64,000 nucleotides of DNA from contig NC_042999.1 in NCBI RefSeq assembly GCF_006345805.1, forward strand, positions 39,680,001 through 39,744,000. Direction: 5' to 3'. Positions 53,123 to 64,000 of the stretch are shown piece by piece. The notes beneath the pieces are model-generated. The model saw nothing but the letters and a program-made list of their open reading frames with translations, did not search any database and had not been told where the DNA came from. Source of the stretch: Octopus sinensis. Its lineage: Eukaryota. Both the position numbers and the translations under genes were made by a program. Numbering within the stretch: position 1 is the stretch's first letter; each line of letters starts with the position of its first letter.

Positions 53123-56100
53123 TCACTGGAATACTTCTGTATATACGATGTTCCTAGCTGGCCGTTTGGGCGAAAACATGAAAACATCATTGCGCCTCCC
53201 AACGCGTGAACAGCCCACGTAGAGTTGACCGTGGGCGAAGCACTGTTCGCCCAAATGTAACCCAGCGACTTGTAGCGTTTGGCCTTGGGATTTATTGATG
53301 GACATTGCGTAGCAGAGTTTAACAGGAAACTGAGAACGCCTGAAGTGGATAGGTAGGTCAGCGCCCGACGGTTGAAGGTGCATCCGTGGAATGAAGACGT
53401 CCTCTCCCTTCCCACAACCGGTAAGTATTGTGGCCGTTATTAAATGTGGTGCCAAATGTTTCACAACCAAACGTGTGCCGTTGCACTGTTTAGGTGGAAC
53501 CAAATTCCTGATGAGCATAATGGGCGCACCGACTTTTAACTTCAGGATGTGTGGTGGCAGGCCTGGCGGTTCAAGTGAATTCAGGAATTCAACAGGATAA
53601 TCGGCAAGCTGGGCGGGGTCTGCTGTCCTATCTATAGATTTGTAGACGTGGACATCACCAGGAATAGCTTCAAGTAGCTGGATATTGATGGAGTTGACGG
53701 TTGTATTTTTGGGTGCGAGAATAGCTCTGCCTGCCAGCCATTTTAGGTCGCGTAAATTGTTTTGTAGGTCGTGGAAGACAGCGTCCCGGAGGCTAGCAGG
53801 GGTGTCGACAATGGTGCAAAGTGAGTCCAATTGAACGTAGCCATCCGCATCAGACAGCATCCTATTTTCACCGAGCGATAAGAGGTCCCTGGAGAATGCA
53901 GCGGATCCGCTGTCACCAATTAACTGCGCGCGCATGTTAGTTTGGAGGTGCAAGGGCCGCACATGTGCCCAAAGAGCTGACGACTTAAGGCACGCGCGCA
54001 CGGCATCGGCACGGGTTCCTTTTGGAATAACAGGTAGAGTCTGCCTGAAGTCTCCTGAAAGAAGTAAAGTTAATCCTCCCATGGGGGCCGTAGAGTCTCT
54101 GATGTCTTGCAGGGACCTGTCCAGTGCCTCAAGGGCGCCTTTGTGTGCCATAGTGCACTCGTCCCATACGATGAGTTTGCATCTGCGAAGAATGTCGGCC
54201 TGTTCTGAGTTCTTGGCGATGTTGCAGATAGGTGACTCGGACTTTGCCAGATCGAGCGGGAGTCTGAAGGCAGAGTGGGCGGTTCTGCCACCCGGAAGCA
54301 ACGTGGCCGCGATACCAGAGGAAGCTACAGCCAGGGCAATGTCCGTGTTGCGTCTGACCTCTGCCAGAATTAGTTTAGTGACGAAGGTTTTGCCTGTGCC
54401 GCCGGGTGCATCAAGGAAGAAAATCCCCCCACGTTGCTGTCTGACAGAGTCTACGATGGTGTTGTAGGCTATGCGCTGGTCTGGAAGCAGCCGTGGTTCA
54501 TTATCTTGGACGTACTGGTGCAGTTCCTCAATGCAGTAGGAAGTTTCGCGTAACAATTCAGCAGACATAACATTGGCGTGTTCACGTGTGGGTGGTGGAA
54601 GGCCGTACTCTGTTAAAGCAGACCCACCCATATCGATGACAGCGTCTTCGAGTTGAATGAGCGCAAAATTGTAAATGAAGTTGGTGAACGTGATCTCGGC
54701 GGAAGGGCAGTGTTGCTGAGCCGTACGTAAGAAGTCGTGCGACATGTCATCCCTGTATTTCATCCAGAGACTTAGTGGATGACTAAGCTGACATTTTTGA
54801 AGAAGGATTGCGAAAAGATGTCGTAGGGCCGAATGCGTTTGCAGTAAAGCACCCTCTGCCATCGTGGCGTCCCACTGGGAGTCATCCTCTAGAAGGCCAA
54901 GTCTCATACATGCTTCCCTGAAGGTGTCGCACAGAACCCCATTGACGGTACGTATATTGGCGAAACCTGTTCGACCAGTGACCTCATGTAGAAGGAGACG
55001 GAGGTAGAAGCATTCTTGCTGGTTTGGCGGGATGTTGTAAACTCGACCCAGGCAGGAGTCAAACTTGACGCCTGGGAAGCTTTCGACGTTTTTGCCGGAT
55101 TTCCGTCGAACCCAGGTGTTTTTAGACCACACGAAGTACGATGGGACCTGTGGGTACAAAAGCGTTCGAGCGAAGTCATCACGTTGGCATAATTTGAAGA
55201 AACCAGTCAACGTTGTGTCTTTAGGGCTGGTGGCTATCTGCACAGCACTTTGCTCTGTGAAGTAAATCCGCTGTCCATTTTCCAAGTGTACAGCAAGCTG
55301 CACCACAGCCGGGTGTCTCTGATGGAGCGGGAAGCCGTAAATGCGCCAAAACGCTTCGTTGCTGCTGAGGTACCGGCCAGCCAAGTAGTTGGACACTTCG
55401 TCGCGACTGGTGGTCCTCTGGATGCTGAACATGGCAGCATCGCTGCCTTTGTTGATATATTTGCAGACATATTGTATTGACCTGATGGAGCTGCAGAACT
55501 CAACGTTGACGTGGGCTTTGAATATCTTCGACAGGAGAGGACAGTAGGGGACAATGTAGCTGTTGTCCACTTGATGTCGCCCAACCGTAATCGTGCGGCC
55601 TCCATTGGCTGGACTCCTTCGTTTGTACAGCGGATACCCATCGCCGCCTGTTTGAGTCTCCAAAGTGAACCGTTTAGGGAATCCCTTTGAGCAGGCTAAT
55701 CCGTTTTTGTAGCATGGTGTGTTGGCGTAATTTGGTCCACAGGGCCCGTGTACCATGGTAGTGCGGACAATTTCGTAGAGTCCGGTGTCCTCATCGGGGT
55801 CAGGAATCTCGGCGGAAATGAATTTGTCAATGTCATTAGTCTCGATTTTATGAGTGAGCCAAATTAATATGTGAGCATGTGGAAAGCCCCTCTTTTGCCA
55901 CTCGACCGAAAACATGTGGCAGCTGACATGCCCGAAAATCTGACCCTTAACTATAAAATCCTTCATTTTGCCCAAATTCAGACGGAAAACCCTAGCAACG
56001 ATGTCGTGTCGATGGGTGTGAGATTGACCCGGGAGGATTTCGCGAGTGATTTCGTCGCAGCTGGGATTGCACGTGTAGGTGATAAAGAGGTCCGGCCGGC

Positions 56101-56566
56101 CGTAAATGCGCACGTAGGTCAAGGCGTCTTGGGTCCTTTCACGCATATATCGCGGTCCTCCCGTGAAGGTGGAGGGTAGAATGCATGGGTTGCAGATGTT
56201 GCGAGGGTCATTTTCTTGTTGCAAACCGTCACGGAGATGAATGTAGGAGTCGGAGCGAAGTTTGGTCTGATTAAGTTTAATGTATAGCAGCCTTTCCGAT
56301 TCCATTTTTGCGGCCATGTCGACGGCGAACTGGTTGAATAGCTGACGACAACGGGGCAATAAGTTGAACTCACCCTCCCTGACCATGAACCGGTATGAGT
56401 AGAACGCCTGCAGGAAACCGTCTTTGATGCCGCAGTAGTTTGATTGGAGGGCTGCCGTAAAGGAATTCCGAAGTGGTAGCCGTCTTCCCCATAAGGGAAA
56501 AGCATGGATACTGAAGCGCGTCATAAGATCTGTGAGTCTCGCTGATCCTGTGTAGGTTGTTACCAC
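53123..56566 (-). CDS. Helitron RepHel transposase: HUH Rep domain + Pif1-family SF1B helicase (true homology starts ~56410 after a frameshift)
   Basis: Rep motifs DLFITYTCNP, EWQKRGFPHAHIL (HUH) and YVCKYINKG (YxxKY). Helicase motifs DAPGGTGKTF (Walker A), LIVWDE (Walker B), GDFRQTLPV and INKSQGQTL. Confidence 0.95.
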   Translation of the reverse strand: MVTTYTGSARLTDLMTRFSIHAFPLWGRRLPLRNSFTAALQSNYCGIKDGFLQAFYSYRFMVREGEFNLLPRCRQLFNQFAVDMAAKMESERLLYIKLNQTKLRSDSYIHLRDGLQQENDPRNICNPCILPSTFTGGPRYMRERTQDALTYVRIYGRPDLFITYTCNPSCDEITREILPGQSHTHRHDIVARVFRLNLGKMKDFIVKGQIFGHVSCHMFSVEWQKRGFPHAHILIWLTHKIETNDIDKFISAEIPDPDEDTGLYEIVRTTMVHGPCGPNYANTPCYKNGLACSKGFPKRFTLETQTGGDGYPLYKRRSPANGGRTITVGRHQVDNSYIVPYCPLLSKIFKAHVNVEFCSSIRSIQYVCKYINKGSDAAMFSIQRTTSRDEVSNYLAGRYLSSNEAFWRIYGFPLHQRHPAVVQLAVHLENGQRIYFTEQSAVQIATSPKDTTLTGFFKLCQRDDFARTLLYPQVPSYFVWSKNTWVRRKSGKNVESFPGVKFDSCLGRVYNIPPNQQECFYLRLLLHEVTGRTGFANIRTVNGVLCDTFREACMRLGLLEDDSQWDATMAEGALLQTHSALRHLFAILLQKCQLSHPLSLWMKYRDDMSHDFLRTAQQHCPSAEITFTNFIYNFALIQLEDAVIDMGGSALTEYGLPPPTREHANVMSAELLRETSYCIEELHQYVQDNEPRLLPDQRIAYNTIVDSVRQQRGGIFFLDAPGGTGKTFVTKLILAEVRRNTDIALAVASSGIAATLLPGGRTAHSAFRLPLDLAKSESPICNIAKNSEQADILRRCKLIVWDECTMAHKGALEALDRSLQDIRDSTAPMGGLTLLLSGDFRQTLPVIPKGTRADAVRACLKSSALWAHVRPLHLQTNMRAQLIGDSGSAAFSRDLLSLGENRMLSDADGYVQLDSLCTIVDTPASLRDAVFHDLQNNLRDLKWLAGRAILAPKNTTVNSINIQLLEAIPGDVHVYKSIDRTADPAQLADYPVEFLNSLEPPGLPPHILKLKVGAPIMLIRNLVPPKQCNGTRLVVKHLAPHLITATILTGCGKGEDVFIPRMHLQPSGADLPIHFRRSQFPVKLCYAMSINKSQGQTLQVAGLHLGEQCFAHGQLYVGCSRVGRRNDVFMFSPKRPARNIVYTEVFQ

Positions 56567-56578
56567 GGGAGGAGATGA

Positions 56579-57925
56579 TTATGTCACGGCTGTTGTGTTG
56601 CTCTCCGTGTATAACTGCGGCAATTTCGTTGCACGCAGGTGCGTTGAAACGGCGTTCGTGCTCCCCGTGGGGTCGTTTATCAGCATCAATGACAACGGTG
56701 AAGTTTGGAGAAGGAGCACTGTCCAAGGCATATCTGAAGCTGCAGACGTAGCTGTTGATATCATGAAGCATGGTTTGGAGACGGAGAAGAATGTCTTTGC
56801 GGGGACATAGCTTGTACCCGGTATTATTCCAAGGCGTGCATCAACCTGGTGGTTGTAGTCGGCAATGAAGTATATTTGGAGGAAAGAAGACTGCTGAATC
56901 TCGTCTGGCAGAAGTGACCCAATAAGATGGTAGACCTGTCCCTGCACTTTGAAAGTAGGCATCCAGCCTTCTCTGGGAGGAATTTTGGCCCCGAAAGAGG
57001 TCATTTGGAATGAGCAGTTGTACTTTCGAATTATTTCAAGGAATTGTGACGAATCGGGGGTTAAACCCGCCGCGAGATCCTTCAGTGGTTGAGGTGGTTC
57101 CCGTAGGGGTGGCAGGTCCACTTTGCCACCAGAGCAGCACAAACCAGGTGGCTCTCCGGGCCATTTCTTGGCTTTGCAAAACTGGCATACAATTGTCATT
57201 GACCCTATCTTGATGTCGTCACGCAAGGAGAAGTTAATTGTGGGGTCGTAGTTGAATGCTAGTGACAACCAGAAAGCGGGGGCAGGGGTACGTACACCAC
57301 GAATGATATCCCGACGTTTGTTGATACTCTCAAGTCGAGTGCACCGTGCCTCGGCAGATTCAGATGCACGTGCGACAGCGGTAGCAGTGGCATCCCTTGA
57401 AAGCCTTTCAGCTCTCGCCTCAGCACCCTCTGAAGCCCTAGCAGAAGCAGTGTTAATGGCATGTCTGGATGTCCGAATAGTCCGTTGGTGTGGAGTTTCG
57501 GCAGATCGAGCCCTGGCTGTGTTTGCGGCGTTAGCAGCTTGGCGAGTTCTCCTCCTCTGCTGTGAGGTTCCGACAGATCGTGTCCTGGCAGTGCTAGTGG
57601 CGTTAGCCGCATTCCGAATGGCCCTTTGTTCGGGGTTCTCGCGAGCTCTGCGGATGGAAGCACAGTAAGAAGCCCGCATGTTTTGGCTGGACTGTTGCTC
57701 TTTCGTCAACCTCGAGCGGAGGGAAGATCTGTACGCTGCGACCCTTGCAAGTCGGGTAGAACGGTCGCTAGTAGTTTCAGATGCCTGAGCAGCGGCATAA
57801 CGGGAAGCTGTTTGCGAGAGGCGCAAGGCGGTTTCCTCGTGGGTCTCGCGTGCCCTTCTAGCCCTAGCAGCCGATGCCTTGGCCGTCCGAGGGCTGAGGA
57901 GGGTCCTTCTCTTCTTGGGTGGCAT
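56579..57925 (-). CDS. RepHel N-terminal part: NLS-like start, 23-aa repeats, CxxC...CC zinc motif; joined to the Rep/helicase ORF through three 1-nt frameshifts (~56802, ~56505, ~56410)
   Basis: ATG in CAAAATG context at 57925 (MPPKKRR). CQFCKAKKWPGEPPGLCCSGGKV and FQMTSFGA...FKVQGQVYHLIGSLLP are typical of Helitron N-termini. Bridging frames 56370-56771 and 56119-56505 carry RRFNAP and YDALQYP/LFPYGEDGYH. Confidence 0.88.
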   Translation of the reverse strand: MPPKKRRTLLSPRTAKASAARARRARETHEETALRLSQTASRYAAAQASETTSDRSTRLARVAAYRSSLRSRLTKEQQSSQNMRASYCASIRRARENPEQRAIRNAANATSTARTRSVGTSQQRRRTRQAANAANTARARSAETPHQRTIRTSRHAINTASARASEGAEARAERLSRDATATAVARASESAEARCTRLESINKRRDIIRGVRTPAPAFWLSLAFNYDPTINFSLRDDIKIGSMTIVCQFCKAKKWPGEPPGLCCSGGKVDLPPLREPPQPLKDLAAGLTPDSSQFLEIIRKYNCSFQMTSFGAKIPPREGWMPTFKVQGQVYHLIGSLLPDEIQQSSFLQIYFIADYNHQVDARLGIIPGTSYVPAKTFFSVSKPCFMISTATSAASDMPWTVLLLQTSPLSLMLINDPTGSTNAVSTHLRATKLPQLYTESNTTAVT

Positions 57926-58046
57926 TTTGGTGGATAGCAATGTGTTTGGCAAAGGTGTAATAAAAAGGAACACGTGGGGTAAGTATTTTGGTGGATAGCA
58001 ATGTGTTTGGTAAAGGTGTAATAAAAAGGAGCTCGTGGGGTAAGTA
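57925..58046. repeat. 61-bp tandem duplication abutting the RepHel start codon
   Basis: 57925-57985 versus 57986-58046, 3 mismatches. Confidence 0.9.
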
Positions 58047-61000
58047 TCCGAAAATGTATAAAATGTACAAAAACGGCCAAAAAGCTGGCAGCAATGTGAG
58101 TGACAACAACGAAAAAGTCAAAAGTGATCAAACTGAACAAACGAAAGGAAAAGTTTTTTGATGCACACGACAAAAGTGGTTTATAATAAACCAAGAGTTT
58201 GCAAGTAGCGTCCGAGGACCGTTAGGGTACGTCAAAAATTGAAGGTAAAACGTTTGGGGTGGTAGTTATAAAGAAAGTTTAAACCCAAAAAGTATTCGAA
58301 TAACTTGCGGCTGCAGCAGCTATTAGCAGAAGTGGCGGTGTTGGGGGTAAAGTCTCGAATGTAATTTCTTCCTGGTAGGAATTGGTTGGATCGAATTATC
58401 GATAGCTAAAAAGGTCAAGTTGCGTCCCCTAGACAGTCTGGTTTGTGTTTAATACACAAATTTGTTTGCTATGTGTGCCACATATGATTAAATTAACCGA
58501 TTTTTTTCAATAATGTATCCTATTGGAATAAAAAGGGCTTATAGCTCCTTGGAGCAGACATGAAGTTCGTTGTGAAAAAAAAAAAGATTCCTGCCAATTT
58601 GTGAAAGATATTGTCGAAAATATGTCATCTTGAATTTGAACGCGATTTCCCAAAATGGCATGATTTTATCGATTGTTTCTGATGGTAAGGTATTGCATGG
58701 AAAACTAACGTCAGAATTGAGTTTCTTAGGGTAACATTAAGCTTCACCATGAGTTTGGTGAAAATCGATTGCAAGTTGAAAACTACCATAGATAATGCGT
58801 TGCATAAAAAAAGCTTAGATTCTCGAGTTGCGTCCCCTAGACAGTCTGTGGTTCATGTTTATGATTCTCGACCCCATGTCGAATTTATCAATTTTTTTCA
58901 GAACTGGGGGAACTTTTCAAAATTTTCGCTTCGTTAGTTTTGAATTATGACATTGGGCTATGTGTGTGTCAAGTTTCATCAGAATCGGTTGAAAGCCGTG
59001 GTCAGGGTGACGGTACGAGAAAACAGACACACAGAAGCACGCACAGACAAACTGCCGTTTATATATAGAGAGATATATATATACAAATAGGATATATGTA
59101 CATGTATATACACATAAAATGACACAGGCACACATAGACACACAGACACACATTAGTGCGCATACACACATACACACACAAACATACACATACATATTAA
59201 TAGGAATTTTTTATATTTCTTCCAACCCAATGATTCATATTGACAGAAATCATAACTATTCAACATGAATTCAAATTTAAAATTACTCTCGAGTATTGTA
59301 TGTTAAGGGTTCCACAGTGAAATTCACTTGTAAGATTTAGTAATCATGAATCTAGTTCTTGAAAGTTGGATGCGAACAGATAATTATGGATGAATGGTAG
59401 TGTTAGATTTAATCTTGTTGATATGCATTAAAAAGACAAATATATTTTGATTAGCATGCAGATTAAAAAATCTGTTAGCGTATGTACAAATCATAACAAC
59501 AAGAATTTAAGGCTTATTGAATAGTGTAGATGCGATGAATGTTAGTAACCAAAGATATTATTGTGTCTACGGGCGTAGAAGTTTTCTGTGACCAGCATGT
59601 ACGTCTGTCCTCTCATGCATACGTATATATATATATTGTGCGTGGAAATTTTACTTGTTTCTTATATGGTGTAATGCAATGTACTGAAAAATAACCCTCA
59701 TAAGCAAAGTCATTAGTTTTCACATATCAGTGTTGGCAATGATCTGTAAAACAACGAGAAATATAAATATTGCTATAAAGAAACAATACTATCATTTGAC
59801 GCTAAAATTAACAACTAATTGAAATATGATAAAATATTTCTGCAAACAATCCTATAGACATCAGTTTTTACAAATTACAATGTCGAATTCTGTTAAAGCA
59901 GGAGTAAATTGTATCACAAGTTCTACAGAACAACAAATATTCATTAAGTGATATTATGTAACTCACATTTGTTTAGTACTAAAATCTTAAAACTGTTGTC
60001 AAAGTACGTAGTAAATCGCTCATTGTATATGAATCTAGAATATAAGGTAAAGATGCGGCTTTCAAAAGTATACTAACTACAAGGCAACCCTAATCAAGTG
60101 TAGAATATGTACAGGATTGGTTAACTTTCTACAAAATCAGACACATTTGTCTCGAGACTCACTGTAACATCTCAAGGGTATTCACATTTTATAATGCACA
60201 CTGAAAAGAGGTTCAATTATAATTGACATAAATAGGTTCTTAAAATTCTTGTGATTAACTAGGAAAATACATTTAAATAGAAATGAACAAAATAGCCGTT
60301 CAATTGGGAAACTAATATTGTTACGTATATATGCCAATGTTTTATGTTAACTTTGGTGTGTTGATATACATCGAAGGAGCAAACATTTTATAGCAAAGTA
60401 TGGAAGATGTTCACTCGGAGATGCGTCAATGTTTTTTTCACCAGCCTCTTCGTTTTCAACTATAATTATTTAGGCTTCTACTCCATAAAGCTTGTTGGGT
60501 TAATGTCACCTCAATCAAGCATATCCTCCGCTCATCTCTTTTACGTCAAACACGCGACAAACCATAGAGATGAGAGGATATGAAGAAATCTCATGATGTT
60601 TTAAATCAATATTTTTTATTGCTAAAATCTTTAGAGACAACGCAGTCTTTTTGATTTAGTTACAGGGAGAGAGGGGTATATAACATCCGAATTTCTCCCA
60701 AAATTTGAATAAATTCAGATATTTGTAGGCTGGTAAAGGCATTCATTTGCATTTACAATGACGAGGTAAATTTTGCCAACAGCAAAGCATTTATTGTCAT
60801 ATATTTTCTGACAAATTTCTCTCGAATTATTTAATCAAACAGAAAATTGTGATTTGTTTTGAAAATTTTTTTAAGTATGTACAATAGGATTCAACGTTAA
60901 AATAAACTGAATTGTGACGGTAATTATTGAAACATGAATTTACATTTGGCTCAATGAAAGTTCTCAGAAAATTTTGCACAAAGAATTAGTTGTTGTCTCT

Positions 61001-63370
61001 AGTTGACGATTGCACTTATAGGCATTGCCATGATGTCTTTCACACTAGTTATGTATTCATCTCGAATTTATAGAACAATATCCGCGGCAGTACAGATTTT
61101 TTGTACTACAAGACTTTATTAACAAATATACGTATATTTCATTTATTTACATAACAACCAATAAAACTAGAATGAGACTACACATACTCCAAAGAACGTC
61201 AAGAATTATACAGTAAGTCTCTGTCATGACTTCGTCACTTAAAATACGACTGAACATATTGACGCATGTAGCTCTAAATATATTATGGCGAAAAACTTGA
61301 AAACAATCTTAGAAAGCAAAGGGTTGTGCAGATGTCTGCTTATTTAAGGCAAGCCTAAGATATTTACCAACCACACGGTATCTACTTTTGGATAAATATT
61401 TTTGACGGTAGTTATTATTTTGGTAATTTCTTTTAGTAATACATTGGAGCATTGTCACGTATTTCGTTTACATTTTGTTTCCAATCTCAAGATTAGTTAA
61501 TTTTCACTGTGTTAATGTCATCTGGAATATGTTGGTTTGAATACACGGAGGATAACAAAATAATATGATTTTGTTATCCTCAGTCATATTACCAGTTATT
61601 TCTTGCTGAAAGTGTAGTGTTCGGAAGGACAAATTATAATATTTCAATAACAGTTTATCACATAACATCGTTTGTGTTATAGATTAACGACAGTCATTAA
61701 AAGAAAAAGAAATATCTTGAAGACGTTTCTGGGGTTGATTTAGCTAGACAGCACATGCTATTATTTGAATGATTATCAGTTAGTTAGTAATTCCAAAGTA
61801 GAATAGCGTAACAAATACAGCAATAAATACATATAAATATATACACACAGACACACACACAGATGCACGCACACACGCACAGGCACACACTCACACGCAC
61901 TCACTCACACCCACGTGAATATCTATCAAGTACGTATTAAGTTACAAGCACCATAACATTTTAGCAAATGCTGGTAGTTGGACAGGAAAACGTATACATG
62001 AACGTAAAACATATATTTTTGTCTACTTGCAAAAAGAAAAAGAAAATGATTGTTTAAATTTTTTTAATTGTTGTAAAGCCCACACCATGCCCATTACTTA
62101 AAATGTAAATTGTAAATCTGAACATAAATGCAACAGATATGTGCTGTTTAGCTTTAATTAAAAATATATACATGTACAATTACGTGTGTGTGTGTGTATG
62201 TATTTATGTATGTATGTATCTATCTATCTTTCTGTATGTCTAATTTCAAAATGGCTTTAAGATGTTTGGCGTCTGTTGGCCAATTTACGTCACTTGGTGT
62301 CACTGCTCCCGAAGAGACACCAGATATTTCTATTTTCCATGATTTATGTGCTCGGACAGGTTTGTAATTTCTGCTTAGACAACATTGATTCTAACATCAT
62401 ACATTACAACATACGCAGACACACTGCTATATAGCTTGTAATTCACCACCCCAAACTGCAATATCTGAAACCATACAAACTGCCTGTTAGGATGATGCTA
62501 CATCTCAGAAGCTGTTGTATAAAAGAGCTACCCTCAAATCGTACGATGTCGTTATAACATACTACAAGAGCACGGCAACAAATGACCACAGTGGTGGAAA
62601 TAGACAGCCTATACACTTCTTTAGTTTCAGGCCTAAGGAAAAACTCCATCTTTCCTTTCGCGCTTTACCTCGAGAACGAGATTGCGAATATAGAATGGGT
62701 GTACGATTGACAGGCCCCATCCCCTAACACATCTGGCCTAGCAATATCAAACTCTGCTGGTTCTAGAAACTACACACAATACTACATCCAGCACTAGCCA
62801 TCAAGAGGAATCAAGAAATACCGCCTTATTTCCACTAATGATATACCCTGTTAATGAATTTTAGGCGACTGGGAAATAGCAATCCAGATATATAAACATA
62901 CGCCTGGCTGTTCTTTACACAATATCAGGTTACTGTAAACTACAGTCTCATCCATGCTGACTATCCAGCTGTACCTTTTTAACTTAGCACCACTAAGTTA
63001 CTCCCAGTGAATCTAGTTACTCCCAGTGAATGTCTATTGGCACTAAGTCGCTAAGAAAACGCACTTCAACATCAGCATAGTGACAAGTCCTACCTAGCAA
63101 CATCCTGTCTGAGTGCATAGGTTCGACGATAAGAAAAAGTAACTGATGTCGGTTCCAGACTAATGAGACCTCATGACAGAACTTGGTCAATGCAAGCCTA
63201 ACGTCTAGAAGTTATGTTGAATTTGTCTCAATCACTCGAAGTACGCGCTGTAAATACGTAGGAAATTGTATGGAGCTGGGTCAAACTCGTAATTTATAAT
63301 ATTCATAGCCGGTACGCATATCTATGTGTGCATGTGATTGTGTGGGTGTGTATAGACACATAATCAGATG

Positions 63371-63439
<69 letters not shown>

Positions 63440-64000
63440 TATATATATATATATGTATGTATATATATACACATATATTTGCCGGTATGTATATACACAC
63501 ACACATATATATATTTATCACACAACCATACGTGTATATGCATATCCATATGTACAGACCATTCATACACTTATTATCTCATATTATACAGCTGCAGCTA
63601 TACACATGAAAATATGAACATATAGTAAGCTCATAACTACACCTCAACATAATTTTAATATCATTGCTTACATTAAATTTTCTTATCATTTTTTAATAAT
63701 TCATTTAAGAGATAATGAAATGCAATTAATCTAAAATTCCATATAAATTCGAAGTCATTTTGAACGGATAATTTTACACGCTATGTTGTCATATTAACTG
63801 TAATAAAACGGATGTAAACTACCTTCTTAATTAGTAAATTACCGGTGTATGACAACGTGTAGAATTCAAGAAAATAAAGCATGTAGATATATTGAAAAGG
63901 AGAATACCAATTAATGACCTTTTCTAAAAAGAAAATTATGACATAATTATTAGATAAAATTCTTATAGTTACAATGAGATATGTGAATATTAAATCCCAA

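Larger units (their letters stand above)
53001..59073 (-). mobile_element. Autonomous-type Helitron (rolling-circle transposon), near full length
   Basis: On the minus strand it starts TC at 59073 (A|TCTCTCTATATATAAACGG) and ends CTAG at 53001, inserted between A and T. A CCCGG-N6-CCGGG hairpin (53013-53028) lies 8 nt from the CTAG. It encodes RepHel. Confidence 0.96.

Noticed and set aside
53391-57937. Plus-strand and alternative-frame ORFs overlapping the Helitron
   Set aside because: Antisense or shadow ORFs of a GC-rich coding region, with no recognisable domains.
61000-61120. Short hydrophobic frame resembling a GPCR TM5 (IALIGIAMMSFTLVMYSSRIYRTI)
   Set aside because: Only ~39 codons bounded by stops, with no other TM segments found.

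Overview
AT-rich eukaryotic repeat-dominated DNA, dense in (AT)n, (GT)n and (AAT)n microsatellites. The mix of tRNA-derived SINEs, R4/Dong LINEs and Penelope-like elements resembles cephalopod (Octopus-like) genomic DNA; that assignment is inference only. No host protein-coding gene, true tRNA/rRNA or CRISPR array could be supported. Main content: (1) a near-intact 6.07-kb autonomous-type Helitron (53001-59073, minus) with exact A|TC...CTAG|T ends, a 3' hairpin, HUH Rep + Pif1 helicase and eight 23-aa STPR-like N-terminal repeats, plus a 386-bp non-autonomous relative (15445-15830); (2) a cluster of R4/Dong-type RLE LINEs in or next to (AAT)n arrays, including a full-length copy (42219-46237), and three copies of an unassigned ~550-bp non-coding element with the same (AAT)n junction; (3) three type I hammerhead-ribozyme-like folds (6391-6449, 18730-18775, 50114-50187) in Penelope-like contexts; (4) a full-length mariner, a maT-like remnant, CR1, L1/Tx1 and Penelope fragments, a highly deleted LTR element, SINEs and several long inverted repeats. 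Many frameshifts in the youngest elements are single-base indels, so some may be assembly errors. All calls come from reading and hand-translating the sequence; no database searches were run.
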